A stretch of 64,000 nucleotides of DNA from Rhynchopus sp. YZ270_cl-10 (taxonomy: Eukaryota), in the NCBI GenBank assembly GCA_964035575.1, contig OZ037842.1, positions 1,674,001 through 1,738,000 on the forward strand, written 5' to 3'. Position numbers and translations under genes: made by a program. Every line of letters begins with the position of its first letter. Position 1 is the stretch's first letter. The notes beneath the pieces are model-generated. The model ran no database searches, was not told the origin of the DNA, and saw only the letters and a list, made by a program, of their open reading frames with translations. Below, piece after piece: positions 11,081 to 23,318 of the stretch.

Positions 11081-12974
11081 TTAAGTAGGAAAATAGGTCG
11101 GGTTCGTGTGAGTTTCTAAAAATATGGCTGCGTACTTTTCCTCTGCAAGCGTCGTTTTGTCAAATTTATTTTTGATTGATGTGTTGCACGAGAAATCACG
11201 TTTATCTTTTCTCTTCATAAGGAAAAAAAAATCGAGAATGGTTTGTAAATAATGCAGGATGTCCCCCACCCCCTAAAAGGTAAACGTTAGTGCAAAAGAC
11301 TCCACACCAAATAGTTCATTTTGTTGTTGTTGTTTTTTTTTTGAGAACCGAAAGTATAACACAAGAATAAATAAATATAATACAGTAAAGAATACCCCCT
11401 GTAGGAGCAGGGCAGAAGTCATATCCCAGAGAATTTTTTTTTTGTTGCCTTTCTGTTCTCGGGATATGGTGTGTGGGCATCTGAGCAGCTGGGCCCCAGT
11501 AGTAGGTCTTTTTGTAGAGGAAAGGAGTAAGGAGCGGAGAGTGCATTGCATTGTTTGCACCGGGATGTATAGTTGTTGAATTGTCTTTATGCTTTCTCTT
11601 CGAACGGAAAGTATATGAAATCAATTATGACCATTTAAAAGCACAGCTGTGCGCGCAAAGGAGAGATCCCCATCTGCTTTGGTCAGACGTAGCGCTGTGA
11701 CATGAGAGACACATTATTTTTTATACCAAGCATTTGACAAGAGGAAATAGAATCGATGAAAGGGTGCCAGCATTGCACGAAAGCCAGATATCCGTGATAT
11801 CTGCCTTCCTTTTATGCGGTGCCGATGGAGTGAGATTCTCTCCTTTTTGGGAGTGTTTTTTCATTATGGAGACACCTAATTTTTGAAGTGTTATTTGGTT
11901 TTAAAAAAACAGGTCTTCCCTCTCTACTGTCTTACTTTATACCCATTCTCGGCCCTTCCATTTGGAAGTTCCCATTCATAAGTAAAGAAACAAAAAAAAA
12001 AAAAAAATCTCGGAAATATTCACAACCATGGCGGTTGGAGTTGAGAAGATTTCTCTCTCTTTTCCTCTCTCCTCCACAACCCTTTCCTGTAGTCAGCCTT
12101 AGATGGTTATGACACCCCCCTTTCTTTTTTTCTGGCGGGAAAAAAAAAAGTTACTGAAAACAAAAAAAAAAAAAAATAGTCTCGATTGTCAAAATGTTTC
12201 TTCGAAACATTTGATAATACCCAATACAGAATTAGCTCTGTGTTTCTTGAAATAAAGTAAAATAAATGGTTTTTTTTGTAGTGTAAGGCAATATAGCAAA
12301 AGTGTTTGAGGGAAAATGGAACCCTTCATGTACGTCATCCTACCCTGTCATGTGAACCGATCTTACATTTTCGTTGTTATGCTTTCTTACGGGGCTGGCA
12401 TCGTGGGTGGGAGTTGGGGGATCAAATAACTTACATTTTCTTTGCCAATTTTTCTCGCTACAATATTCAAAAGATGCCGCAACTTGACAGCTTCCTCTCA
12501 AAAAAAAAAAAACAAGATATTTTTTTTTCCCATTCTTTCCCTGCTCTTTTATGTCATGTTTTTTTCTTAAAGTCTCTCCCCCTCTGCTCTCTTGAGTGAC
12601 CTGATATTCACTCCCTCTGATGATTGGACGTTAAAGGTCCAGATTTTAAATACGGCCCCCATCAGGGAATACCATTAGGTGTGTTTGAAGGGGGGGAATG
12701 ATTCGCACTTCTTGCGCACTTTTTGGACCCCTTCGTTCAGGCCAGACCATTATTTATACTATAAGGGGTATGCCTGCACACCCACTCATGTGAAAATAAA
12801 GGAGTGGTGCTATATGATAATGTAGATGCCGCAAAGAAGCAAGGCTTCGCATTATATGTGCATCATTGCAAACAAAAGAAGTCAAATTAAGATTTTTTTT
12901 TTTTTTTGCAATTTCATATCTGAGAAAAAGCTGCGACAGTGATCTTCTGACAGCTACTACCCTCCAACAGATTA

Positions 12975-13651
12975 CAGGGTTTTTTCTGGAGGGGGGGCGG
13001 GGGGGCGTGCGCCCCCCCGTCAGACTTTTTTGAGATTTCGAGGGGGGGCGCGCCCCCCCTCGTGCCCCCCCGTGAAATCCGGCGGGGGGGGCGCGGGGGG
13101 GCAGAGTGGTAGGGGTGGGTGACCCACCCCCCTACCACTCTGCCCCCCTTCACCTTCCCCATCATGCTCTCGCGAGCCTCCAGGAAGTAAGGGGAGTAGG
13201 CGTTTCCGTAGCAACATAACTGTTTTGCGTCGAAGGTGACATAGTTTGGCAGTAAAAATGTGCAATTTTAAGCGCAATTTTTAGAAATGTTGCGTACCGT
13301 GGCTTCGCCAGGAACATTTGGATGCCATGACCGCCGTTTCTCTTGTAAATGTACTGAGGTTACTGACAATTCGTGTACCACGTGTGCCTGGTGCAAATAT
13401 CAATGAAGTGCCGAACTCCGCAGTTGGACAAAAAAACAGAGGAATTCTCCGCCGGAGGCCCCAACTTGAGCTGGGTTGCGGACCCGGGCGTGCGAAGTGC
13501 GCCCGGGCTCGACCGAGTTTTGATCTACGAAAACCCACAAAACCTATGTACTCCCCTGTTGCATGGTCAACCGCGAGAAAAAAAATATATGCACTTTTTT
13601 GCCCTGTGCCCCCCCGTCAGCCAAAAACCCCGAATCCTAGAAAAAACCCTG
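12975..13651. mobile_element. Non-autonomous DNA transposon (hAT/P-like termini), 677 bp
   Basis: TIRs CAGGGTTTTTTCT / AGAAAAAACCCTG; 7-bp TSD CAGATTA; subterminal GCCCCCCGTCAG repeats. Confidence 0.85.
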
Positions 13652-15162
13652 CAGATTATCAAAAAAAAAAAAGCAATAAAAAAGCCTCTTTTTTGTACAT
13701 AACATAGAACATAAAGAGGGCGCAAAAATATATAGTAAACGTATTGAAGGTGAAAAAAGAAAAATAGAACCAAATCCCCTAAAAGAGCAAAGTGGTTTCA
13801 TTGTGATGCACTTCCCCTCTCACATATACCTTCAGGAGAGCGCATGTCACGCAGTTTAAGACAGCCTCACATCATCCTAACGAAGGGTTTCTTGCCCACA
13901 CTTTTCAATACGTGCGTGCCTTTCCCCCTCCTCTCTCGCTGACCTTGTCTTAACGACCCTTGGTCATGCTGCAAAAGTAAACAAACAAATAAGCAAAAAA
14001 GTACAAAATAAAGTAGCAAAAGCAAAAACAAAACAAAACAAAACAAACTTTCAAACCCCCCCCTCTCGCTGATGCCTGTACGTTATCAGGTTGCAAGATT
14101 TACTTCCTTTTAGGTAGCCCTAAATTTTTTTTTTTTACGTAAAACGAACACCTTTCCACACACCATTGTTTTGCCTTTTCTCTTCTCTTTTTGCCAATTG
14201 GAGAGGGTTGAGAGGGGAGGTGAACGCCGACTATCGCTATGACATTGTTTTTTTGTTGTTGCTTTTCCCCTCTCCCCTACCCTCTTTCTCAAAGCCTGCC
14301 TGTTTTGGCGGCATTTTGCGCTTTTCAATTTCTCTCTTTTTGTTGGTTGGGGGATTTTTTTTTGAGATTGACAATTTGTTGTTCAATTTCCCCCGTCTTT
14401 TAGGTGAGAACAAGAGGCATGGCTCAGGATCACCTTTTTTTAGTGAGATTGGCCAACTTTGCAAACTATGCAAATATTTTTTTTCCCACAGCCTTCGGGC
14501 GACCATATATGCACACCCGTTCTTTCTTCAGACAGATTTATTGTCGATGTAACAAAAAAAAAACCTAAAAAAAGGAAGTCAGGCCAGAGTCCCGCGCTAT
14601 CAGCAAGGACCCTGCCTTGGAGAAAGGTGTGCTGTCTGTGCCCCTGAGCGGCCAGGGGTAGGGGGGGTCACTAAGGGGGGGTGTTTACATAAAAGTGTCA
14701 CCAAACCCGCTCACCAACGCACGGTACCCCGTACCCTGATGCTGAGTAAATAAACAAATAAAAGAACCTCTGACTGTAAGAGTCAGGGTTTGTTTAGCCT
14801 GCTTTTGGTACACGGTCTTGTCCAGGAATGGTGGAGAATTGAGAGGTATTTTCCCCCCTAGGCAAATGTCTGTGGATCGCAAAACAAACACAAAAAAAAA
14901 AAATACAAATTATTTTACATTTCGTCCCTTCCTTCTTCTCCCTCCACACTGCACAAGAAAAAAAAACCCCCCTTCTCCCCCTCCGTTAGACTCAAAAAAA
15001 AGACAAAGTGTGAAGGCACCTTTGGGGGGTGCCTACACATGCAACCCAAAAAAAAAACTACATTTTTCACCGCAAAAAAAAAAAAAAGAAACGTCATTTT
15101 TTTCTCCTCCTTTTTCTCCCCCTCTCCCTTCTCCGCACTCAAAACTCAGCCTATATACACAA

Positions 15163-17028
15163 ATGGGCATTAAAGGGTTGCTGCAAACAGTAAAACCTGT
15201 TTGCAAGCCATGCCATGTATCAGCGCTGAAAGGGATGACCGTCGGGATTGATGGGTACGTCTGGCTGCACCGAGCGTGCATCAGCTGTGCATACGAACTA
15301 TGCGTCGGGCTTACCACGCAGGCGTACATCACCTATTTCGTGTCTCGCGTGAAGATGATGCTGGCGGAAGGCATCAAATTGGTAGTAGTCTTCGACGGTG
15401 CCGACCTTCCTACTAAGGGAAAAACTGATGAGGACCGTGGCAAAAGGAGGCAGGCACACCACGAGAAGGCGAAGGCGTTTCTAGCGAAGGGAGACAAAGT
15501 GCAGGCAGCGAACCACTACTCGCAGGCATTCGACATCACGCCGGACCTCGCAAGCACTGTCGCAACCATCCTCAAGCGGAACGGGGTGGACACTGTTATT
15601 GCCCCTTACGAAGCTGATGGGCAGCTCGCTTACCTTGCACGGAACGGATTTGTTGATGCGGTGGTAACTGAGGACAGCGACCTCATTGCACATGGCGTGC
15701 CACGTGTCTTCACGAAGATGGACCAGAACGGCATGGGGGAACTCTTCCACATCGACGAAGTTATCAAGAAAGCGCTCTCCGTCACCTCAGCCGAAGGGCG
15801 CTACGAACACTTCCTCAACTTTTGCATCCTGTGTGGCTGTGACTATCTCACGAACCTCAAGGGCCTAGGCCCCAAGAAGGCAGCAGAGTTTGCAAAGGAC
15901 GGTGCCGACATCAATGAAATCATTCTGAACATCGCAGCCAGCGTGTCCTTCTCCTTCACACCAGCCGAGCTTGAGGCATACAAAGACGGCTTTTGGAGAG
16001 CGCTTTTTGCGTTCAAGCATCAACGTGTTATTGACCCTTCTGTGAAAGAGGCGAAAACGTTGACGCCATTGTCAGAGTCGAAAGAGTTGGTGGAATATGT
16101 GACGGAGCATGTGGAAGGGGGTGTGCAGGCGTTGATAGGAGCGGATCTGACCAATGCGCAGGCGGAAGGGTTGCAGGCGTTGACGTTGGACCCATCAACA
16201 CTACAGCCGTACGAAGGCAAATACAACGCGAACCTCGCAGCCAGCAACGTCACCATCGACCTCAACGCTGGGAAAACACTCAAACAAAAGACCCTCGGAG
16301 ACTTCTTCGTTGTCAAAAAGCGTCGTGTCGTGGCAAAGCCTGCAGCACCGACACCTCCTGCTTCGCCACCACCCACACCAAAGACACCAAAAACATCAAA
16401 ACCACCACAAACCCCAATCTACGTCAGCGAGTACTTCGTGAACATAGGGTCCATCCTTGACGAGGAAGTGGCTATGGAAGGCGCATACGAGGCGGTGCTG
16501 TTCAGCAAGCTGTCTGGTGGTGTCCCTCAGACGGCATGTGGACGCAGCTTTTCTGAAGTGTTCGGTGTGGCCTCCGGAACAGTGTCGAACACACCAAACC
16601 CACGAAAGCGCAGACGCACCATCACGCTGTCCACAGGAGAGGAGGTGGATGCGGCAGCTGCTGCAGCTCGTGTAGCACAACTGGCAGAGGTGATAGCCCT
16701 GGACGACTCACGCAGCAGCATCGAAGCGCACGTCCGAAGCAGTGAGTACACAACTGATGAAGATGCGGACAACGACAGCTGTGGGGTGGTTGTTGTGCAC
16801 GACACCGACGTCGTTGACGAAGACCATTCGATGCTTTGTGACGACGGTGGTGCTCATGCTGGCAATGACCCAGCAGAAGAATCCCCTAAGGACACAAAGG
16901 AGGTAGAGGAGGTGAAGGTTGAATCAGAACCCACCCCAACAGAAGAGAAGCACATAGCAGAAGAGGCAGTGGTGGTGGTGGCAAAGAAGGCCCCAAACCC
17001 GTTTGCACGGTTTAGGAAAAAGGTGTAA
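15163..17028 (+). CDS. EXO1: Exonuclease 1 (XPG/Rad2 family), intronless
   Basis: MGIKGLL, GIDGYVWLHR, VVFDG, APYEADGQLAYL, TEDSDL, GCDYLTNLKGLGPKKA; PIP-like QKTLGDFF. True start at 15163. Confidence 0.95.
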   Translation: MGIKGLLQTVKPVCKPCHVSALKGMTVGIDGYVWLHRACISCAYELCVGLTTQAYITYFVSRVKMMLAEGIKLVVVFDGADLPTKGKTDEDRGKRRQAHHEKAKAFLAKGDKVQAANHYSQAFDITPDLASTVATILKRNGVDTVIAPYEADGQLAYLARNGFVDAVVTEDSDLIAHGVPRVFTKMDQNGMGELFHIDEVIKKALSVTSAEGRYEHFLNFCILCGCDYLTNLKGLGPKKAAEFAKDGADINEIILNIAASVSFSFTPAELEAYKDGFWRALFAFKHQRVIDPSVKEAKTLTPLSESKELVEYVTEHVEGGVQALIGADLTNAQAEGLQALTLDPSTLQPYEGKYNANLAASNVTIDLNAGKTLKQKTLGDFFVVKKRRVVAKPAAPTPPASPPPTPKTPKTSKPPQTPIYVSEYFVNIGSILDEEVAMEGAYEAVLFSKLSGGVPQTACGRSFSEVFGVASGTVSNTPNPRKRRRTITLSTGEEVDAAAAAARVAQLAEVIALDDSRSSIEAHVRSSEYTTDEDADNDSCGVVVVHDTDVVDEDHSMLCDDGGAHAGNDPAEESPKDTKEVEEVKVESEPTPTEEKHIAEEAVVVVAKKAPNPFARFRKKV

Positions 17029-17273
17029 AAAAAACTGTGATAAGGGGTTAGGGGTTAGGGGTGTGGTTCGTCTTTTTAGAACGTTTTTTGTCAAAAAAAA
17101 AAAAAATGCATGGGAACTCTCCCCATGATGTAGTGTGTGGTTCAAAAGACTCTATTTCCCCCCAATTTATCTTGGGCAACAGTTGTCCCAACACCCCACA
17201 AAGAAACCCCCAGCTTTATATTCCAGGTGGGGTTGAAGGGAGTTGGGAGTGTGGCTCCGGCCGCAGCCTCAAA

Positions 17274-18418
17274 ATGGTGACCCAAGTGCAGGTGCCGACC
17301 ATGCATGTGTACGACCCAACGTCGACCGGTGAAGGAATGTCGTACCTGCAAAACGCGCCTGTATGTACCTTATGTAGCCTAATAGAGAAAAAGGGGGTCA
17401 GAGTTCCCATTGCCTCAGCTGTGATGCTGTAGGTGTCTTCGCCTTCGTGTGGGGAGGACGGAGCCCATCCTCGGAGGGGTGGCTGTCAACAGTAGTCTGC
17501 GTGGCATGAGTGACCATCCCACATCCATCCCACATCCATCTACACACACACACACACACAGCTGTACAGCCCGACAGGAGCGCGAAAGTTCCAGTTCCCT
17601 GCAGACGTAGGCTTCTGGGACAACCTTGTAGAGTTTGTGAGCAGCACCCCACAGGTACCTAACCCCTCCCACCCATTTGTAAACTTTGCTTTTGACCCAC
17701 CAACCAACAGAAACCCCCGATCTTCCAAGTGACACCGTCGCATCGGCAAGGTGAGGGGCTGCGTGTCAACCAGCAGCTCTTTGCGGGCTTTGTACGTGGC
17801 TGGGAGGAGCAGCACCCGCACCGCGTGACGGTTATGAGCCCTGCGGGGGATACATGCTTCCATGCGTCGAAGCAGTTCTGGAACGACATCACGGCACGTC
17901 TGCGGCGGGGCCCGCAGCTGCGCAGCATACCGCAGGAGAACCTGATTGCGGTGCAGAGCAACCAGGACAACGCGCCACCGATCTACTCGGACCTGAAGTA
18001 CTGGAACGAAGCCGTTGCGCAATGGGAGGCAGAGCAGCGACTCACACCTGCGGACCTTGCTGCGAACAAGCTAGCTCGCGAAAAACGGCGACAACTGCAG
18101 CAAATCCAAGTCGAAAACATGGACCACACACGGACGAAGCACCGACCACGAGAACGCAAGCATAAGTTCCGTGCAGGCTCTGCAGTGGGGTCTTCAGTGT
18201 GCGGGTCAGACGTTGCACCCTCAGACTACGCAGGTGGCGGTACGCGCACCCGCCCCGTGGCTGTGGTAGACGGCAGCCGCGCCTCCTTCTCAGCACACCC
18301 TAACCCCCACCCCCCAGGTGGCGGTGGTGCCATCACCCTCCCCTCCTTCAACCAGAACCAACCAAACGGCGGGTTCTGGAAGTACGGCGTGCTGCACTAC
18401 CATATGCACCAGCATTGA
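17274..18418 (+). CDS. Hypothetical protein; exons 17274-17360, 17562-17654, 17711-18418
   Basis: In-frame GT-AG joins; internal repeat SP(T/A)G...F...FW(D/N)(N/D)(L/I). An extra exon near 17433 cannot be excluded. Confidence 0.6.
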
Positions 18419-18838
18419 AGGGGCTGGGAACGTTGTGTACGTTGTTCGTGTTTTTGTGCGGAAAAAAAAAATGTCCCCAGTTCACCAAGTCCCTCTGGGT
18501 TTTGGTCGATATTATACTTCAATAGAAATTGAATGAATTTAATTCAAAATGTAAGTGAAAGCTCTAGCCCTATTTTGTTTTTGGTGCGTTTCTTGGGAGG
18601 CGGGTCTTTTTGACAGGTGATTTGTACACCACCCAGTCTCCTCGAAGAAAAAAAATCAAAGAAAAGAATGTAGACCGAAACAAACCCTCCCACCCACCCC
18701 CTCTGTAGCATATGAACAACGATACACCTCACTCCTTTCAAAGCAATTTCCCCCTCTTTCAATTTCCCCTCATGCCAATCGTGTCATACAGAAACCAATT
18801 TTTTTTGGAAATTTAAATTCGAAAAAACGGATAATTTG

Positions 18839-20365
18839 ATGGAGTCTGAGGTTGCGTTGTTTTTGAAGAAGCATGGGCTGTCCTCTGCCACAAAGGCGTT
18901 GTCACTTGCAGGCTACGACGACTTGGCAGACCTCCCTGAGCTTGTAGACGACAACGAACTCTTACAGGATGTGGTACGGGTGCCTGCTTACCGTATGAAG
19001 CTGCGCAGACTTGTTCTCGAGTGCTGTCCTGCCCCCTCCCCCGCACAGCCACAACACCGCCAAGACCTCCCGAAGGAACACTCGAGATCGCAGAAGCCAC
19101 GCCAGCCAGACCACTCCCACCTTCGCACCCTCTCCCCGCCGCCACGCCTTGTCGAGCACTCTCAAGAGCACGCTGCCGCAGCCCGCCTGGGCGAAAGTGC
19201 TCACGGCCGCTCCAAGGCTGTGCATGGGAATGGCCACCACGTCGTGAGTGCAGGGCCTAGAGAGGTGCGCATGAGGGAACACAAGGAGCGAGACAACGTG
19301 GCGTCGCTGTGCAGGGCTCCTGCTGCGGAGTCTGTACGGGGTGTGGTGGAGCAACGCAGGTCGTCTGGGTGCTCGGTGCAGTCACAGGGTTCGCTAGGGT
19401 CGTCTGTGTCGTATGGGAGTAGCGGCGGCGGTGGTGGTGTGCACCGGGCTAGGGCGCGGCACGTTGTTACGCCTGCTGTGGCGCATCAGCAGCAGCAGCC
19501 GCAACATCAGCAGCAGCACACCCAAGAAGGCATCTTCCGCAGTGGTTGTGGTGCAGTGGCCAGACCCTGGGCCCAAGAGGAGAGTCTGGTGTCCCTGCCC
19601 TCCCTTCCCTCCCTGCCCAGGTCGCACCACAGAGATGCACAGCGCGACAGAGATGAGACGAGAGACCACAGAGATGCGAAGGCGTGCAGCAGGGAGTATG
19701 TCATAGACGCTGCGAGCTGTGCGTCGAGCGCTGCCGATGCGTTTGTTGCCCCCCCTGCACCTGCGCCTGCTCCTCTTCCTCATGCTCCTGCTCCTGCTCC
19801 TGCTGTGTCTGTACAATACACCCCTTCTGCGCCCTCTGCACCCTCATCCACTCTCTCGTCCACCTTCCCTTCCACCTTGGCACCACAGAAGAAAAGTAGT
19901 ACAAAGAAAACTGCTCGTTCGCCGTGTCCACCGGAGACGCCAGGGATGAAGATGAAGAGAGGGCACGGCGGCGCACGGAGCCCACCCCCACCAGTGTCGC
20001 AGGGGCAGAAGCGGGAGATGGAGACGGCGAGCGAGGGGAAGCTGCTGGAGAATGGGTTTAAGGCGGTGCTGGTGTTGAAGGGGGAGCCGGTGATGTCGTT
20101 TGGGTGGGTGTCGCAGAATAACGACTCGTTGCGGTTCATTGCGGACTCGGGGACGACGGTGGTGAGTCTCGCGTCGGTGCAGACGGTGACAACAGACAGC
20201 GGGAACTGGTTCACGTTGCACCTCCACAACGCAGAGTCCTGGGCCTTTGAGGTGCGCTCCACACCACACTACAATGCGCTGCAGACGAAACTCAGATCTC
20301 TCTTCGCCAACAACGTCGTTCGAGAGGGCGCGAATCTCGTCGCTTCTCCGCTTCAGATACCTTAA
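18839..20365 (+). CDS. N-terminal SAM domain / C-terminal PH-like domain protein
   Basis: VALFLKKHGLS...GYDDLADL...VPAYRMKLRRLV is SAM-like; low-complexity middle; C-terminal beta-rich segment followed by a helix (FTLHLHNAESWAFEV...YNALQTKLRSL). Confidence 0.75.
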   Translation: MESEVALFLKKHGLSSATKALSLAGYDDLADLPELVDDNELLQDVVRVPAYRMKLRRLVLECCPAPSPAQPQHRQDLPKEHSRSQKPRQPDHSHLRTLSPPPRLVEHSQEHAAAARLGESAHGRSKAVHGNGHHVVSAGPREVRMREHKERDNVASLCRAPAAESVRGVVEQRRSSGCSVQSQGSLGSSVSYGSSGGGGGVHRARARHVVTPAVAHQQQQPQHQQQHTQEGIFRSGCGAVARPWAQEESLVSLPSLPSLPRSHHRDAQRDRDETRDHRDAKACSREYVIDAASCASSAADAFVAPPAPAPAPLPHAPAPAPAVSVQYTPSAPSAPSSTLSSTFPSTLAPQKKSSTKKTARSPCPPETPGMKMKRGHGGARSPPPPVSQGQKREMETASEGKLLENGFKAVLVLKGEPVMSFGWVSQNNDSLRFIADSGTTVVSLASVQTVTTDSGNWFTLHLHNAESWAFEVRSTPHYNALQTKLRSLFANNVVREGANLVASPLQIP

Positions 20366-20655
20366 AGTTGAGACAGCGTTTTGTATAATTCGAAAAGGAG
20401 GGTTGATGTTTGCCGGTTTTTTTCTTTTTCGTTCAAGTATAAGGTGGCCAATCATAGGCTTGGGTTCATCTTGTAAACTTTTCTTTTTCCGTTCGATTTT
20501 GTTTGTTCTTTGTTAGAGGTGGGGATGTTTTCTTGTATAGAATTTTAGACGAAATAATCGCACCACCCTTCCCCTTTTGCAAAGAAGGACTCCTAAGCCT
20601 CCCCAAGAGCTGCCCCCACCACTACCACCACACTTCCCAGCAACCCTCACACATC

Positions 20656-22664
20656 ATGACCGATCTTCTGCGGAAAGAGATCGCCGACAAATTAAAGGTA
20701 TGTTCCGTGCACATAGAGGTCCAACAAAAGCTCTCCAAAGGGACAAGAAAACCTCTCCTTTCCCAAAAAAGCTTCTTACATAGCATTTCCTTTGGATCCT
20801 TAGGCACCTACCCACAGTAGGAAACTACGGGTACTCTACTACTCTATATTTCTTGGTGATGTAGAACGCACCCCTCATTCCACCCTTTCACCCCTTCACC
20901 CTTCAGGAACAGTATGGTAGCATCAAATCTGTCTCAGAACAGGAGAAGAACGGGATGCTCAATTTCACATACGAGAACGGTGTGCAGGCGTGGATTAACC
21001 CGTCGGGGATGCGGTTGGAAGTGTGGCCCGGCAAGATTGTATGTACACCCCACGTGAGGACGTCTACTGTCCGCGCCTACATGGTGCCTTGAAACACACC
21101 ACCTCACACAGAGCATTCTGATCGACCTTAGGTCTGGCAAGGCGCGTGTGAAGGACGACGCAACAGGGAAGTTTACGCAGGATTTCGTTGTCCCGGAGAG
21201 TGGGTTGATGAACGGACACCCGGCACCACGTCCAGTGTCGATTGCGACTGCGGATTTGAAGAACGCACCTGTGGCTGTGGCGCCTGCGGTTGCGGGGAAG
21301 CGGAAGAGGGAGGAGTCCTCGTCGTCGTCGTCGTCGTCGTCCGGCTCATCTTCAGACTCCGACTCAGGGTCATCGAGCTCAGGGTCGTCCAGCGATGAGG
21401 TATGCTCGCAGCTTTTTGCAACGTACACATTTCCCCATACCCAGGACAAGATAAAGAAGCCCGCGAAGCGTGTCAAGACTGCCCCCAAGAGCCCCGTCAA
21501 GAAGGCGTCGCCGAAGAAGGCCGCAAAACCTGCAGCAAAACCTGCAAAAGAGAAGAAACCTGCAGCAAAGAAGGCGCCTGTTGTGAAGCGCTCCCCTGTG
21601 AAGAAGAAGTCGCCTGTGAAGCGCGCACCACCTTCGACACCGAAGAAGGAGATCAAACGTGACTACAACAACGACGCTGAGGCTACTCTTGCGATGATTG
21701 TCCTGAAGTTGGGCGAGACGCTTGACCTTGGAGAGTATGTCACCACCACCACCATCCTATTGGAAGTTGTGCTGACCAGCCATTGTTGTGATAGTCGAAT
21801 TCTGTTCGATGAGGAAGTGATTCTCAACCAACGAGGTTTTTCCACAGTTCTGGTGTAACCCGAAAGACTATTTGCTGCTGTGGTAACCTTTTGTATTACG
21901 GCAGGACAAGAAACTTGGCGACCAAATATTGGCGGGGGTTTTCTTGCGGCGACTTTTTAGGTCGCCAATATTACTTGCCCTACTGTATACTTTTTTGGTA
22001 CCGTGCATCTGATGCTGTACGAGAGGTGTAGGATCAGCTCACCTCACCACCACCACACCACCACCACCACACCACCTACCACAGCGCCGCTGCACAAGAA
22101 GAAGCACGTATTGCCCGCGCAGAAGAAGAGGCGAAGAACCAAAAGGCACCAAAGAAGCCGGCACGCGGCAGGTTCCCCGTTAACTACGATGCTCTGGAGA
22201 AGAAGATTGTGACCCTCAAGAGCAAGCTCAAGACCGAACAGGCGAGGCTTGCGATCAAGGACCGGACCGCGGTATGATGAAGCTAAAGCAACAACCTTTT
22301 ATTTCTCATTACACTCCGTTCGGACAACATTTACACCAAGGTTAAAATGCGGGGGAAGAAATCAGTTTTTAGGGGGCTTTTGAGGACAAAATACTGCTGT
22401 GCAACCATTGGTGATGAAGATGACTACTTTTGCTTAGCATTCTTAACTTCTTATTTGTACGACAGTAAATACATTATGCACACCTCTTACCCTTCCGCTG
22501 TACAGGACGTGAGTTTGGGCACCTCGAAGACGAACTACATCGACCCCAGAATTATCCACTCGTGGTGCAAGCGTGAGGAGGTTGATCTGAGAAAGGTGTA
22601 CAGTGCAACCCTCGTGCAGAAGTTCCCTTGGGCTCAGGTCGCAGGAGAGGACTGGAGGTTCTAA
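20656..22664 (+). CDS. TOP1S: DNA topoisomerase IB small (catalytic) subunit; exons 20656-20697, 20907-21038, 21112-21399, 21445-21734, 22085-22271, 22506-22664
   Basis: Last exon VSLGTSKTNYIDPRIIHSWC...KFPWA carries the SKxNY catalytic Tyr; Ser tract and Lys/Pro region upstream; no core domain; all five introns begin GTATG. Confidence 0.85.
21899..21985. mobile_element. Degenerate TA-flanked MITE in TOP1S intron
   Basis: TA-CGGCAGGACAAGAAACTTGGCGACC ... GGTCGCCAATATTACTTGCCCTACTG-TA. Confidence 0.6.
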
Positions 22665-23318
22665 GCCCAATAAGCAGAATTCCAAAAATAAAATTGAAAA
22701 AAAAATAACATTCAGCGTAACCCTGCTAGGGACATCTCTGTAGTCCTACGCTAGCTGCACGTTTTTGAACTTCACTTTGTAAAGGCTAGAGGGCAAAAGG
22801 CTCTGTTTCATAACGGGTCTCAGACGGTTTAAAATGTTTATGTGTGGCCCACTCTGGCCTGCACTTCATTTCTTTCATGGCTTTCTTTTAAGGCACTGTA
22901 CAGTCACGAGAGGGCTTTATATTTCATGGCACATTTTTTTTTGTGTACCGTGCCCTTCATCCTCGCATGCTTTTCTGCACTATCAGCTTTTTCAATGTTC
23001 TTTTTTGCCCGATACAAATAGTGGAGCGGGTGTACACTACTAGCGTCTACACTCATACCAAAGCTTTCAAAAAACCGGGGAGGGTCGGGGGCAGTCCGTG
23101 TGGACTGTACAACATGTGGGGGGCGGGGGGGAGGGCAACTGGGGCAGGGGGGGCAATAATGTATCCAAAAATTTCTTATATTTTTACGATCCGACCAAAA
23201 AATTTTTTTTGACAGAAAAGAAACACACATCTCCCCCTCTTAGCTTGACCTTTTCACCCCCATTCGCAAACCTTTTGCTACCATCAAACACCACCCCCAT
23301 AGTCATACAATTTCAAAG

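Noticed and set aside
12617..12660. Possible hammerhead ribozyme (CTGATGA + TGGAC/GTCCA stem)
   Set aside because: The required GAAA after stem II is absent (GATT), and stems I/III were not found.
14818..15162. N-terminal extension of the EXO1 ORF (similarly 48527-48742)
   Set aside because: Low-complexity A/T-run sequence with non-ATG starts; the conserved protein starts at 15163 (and 48743).
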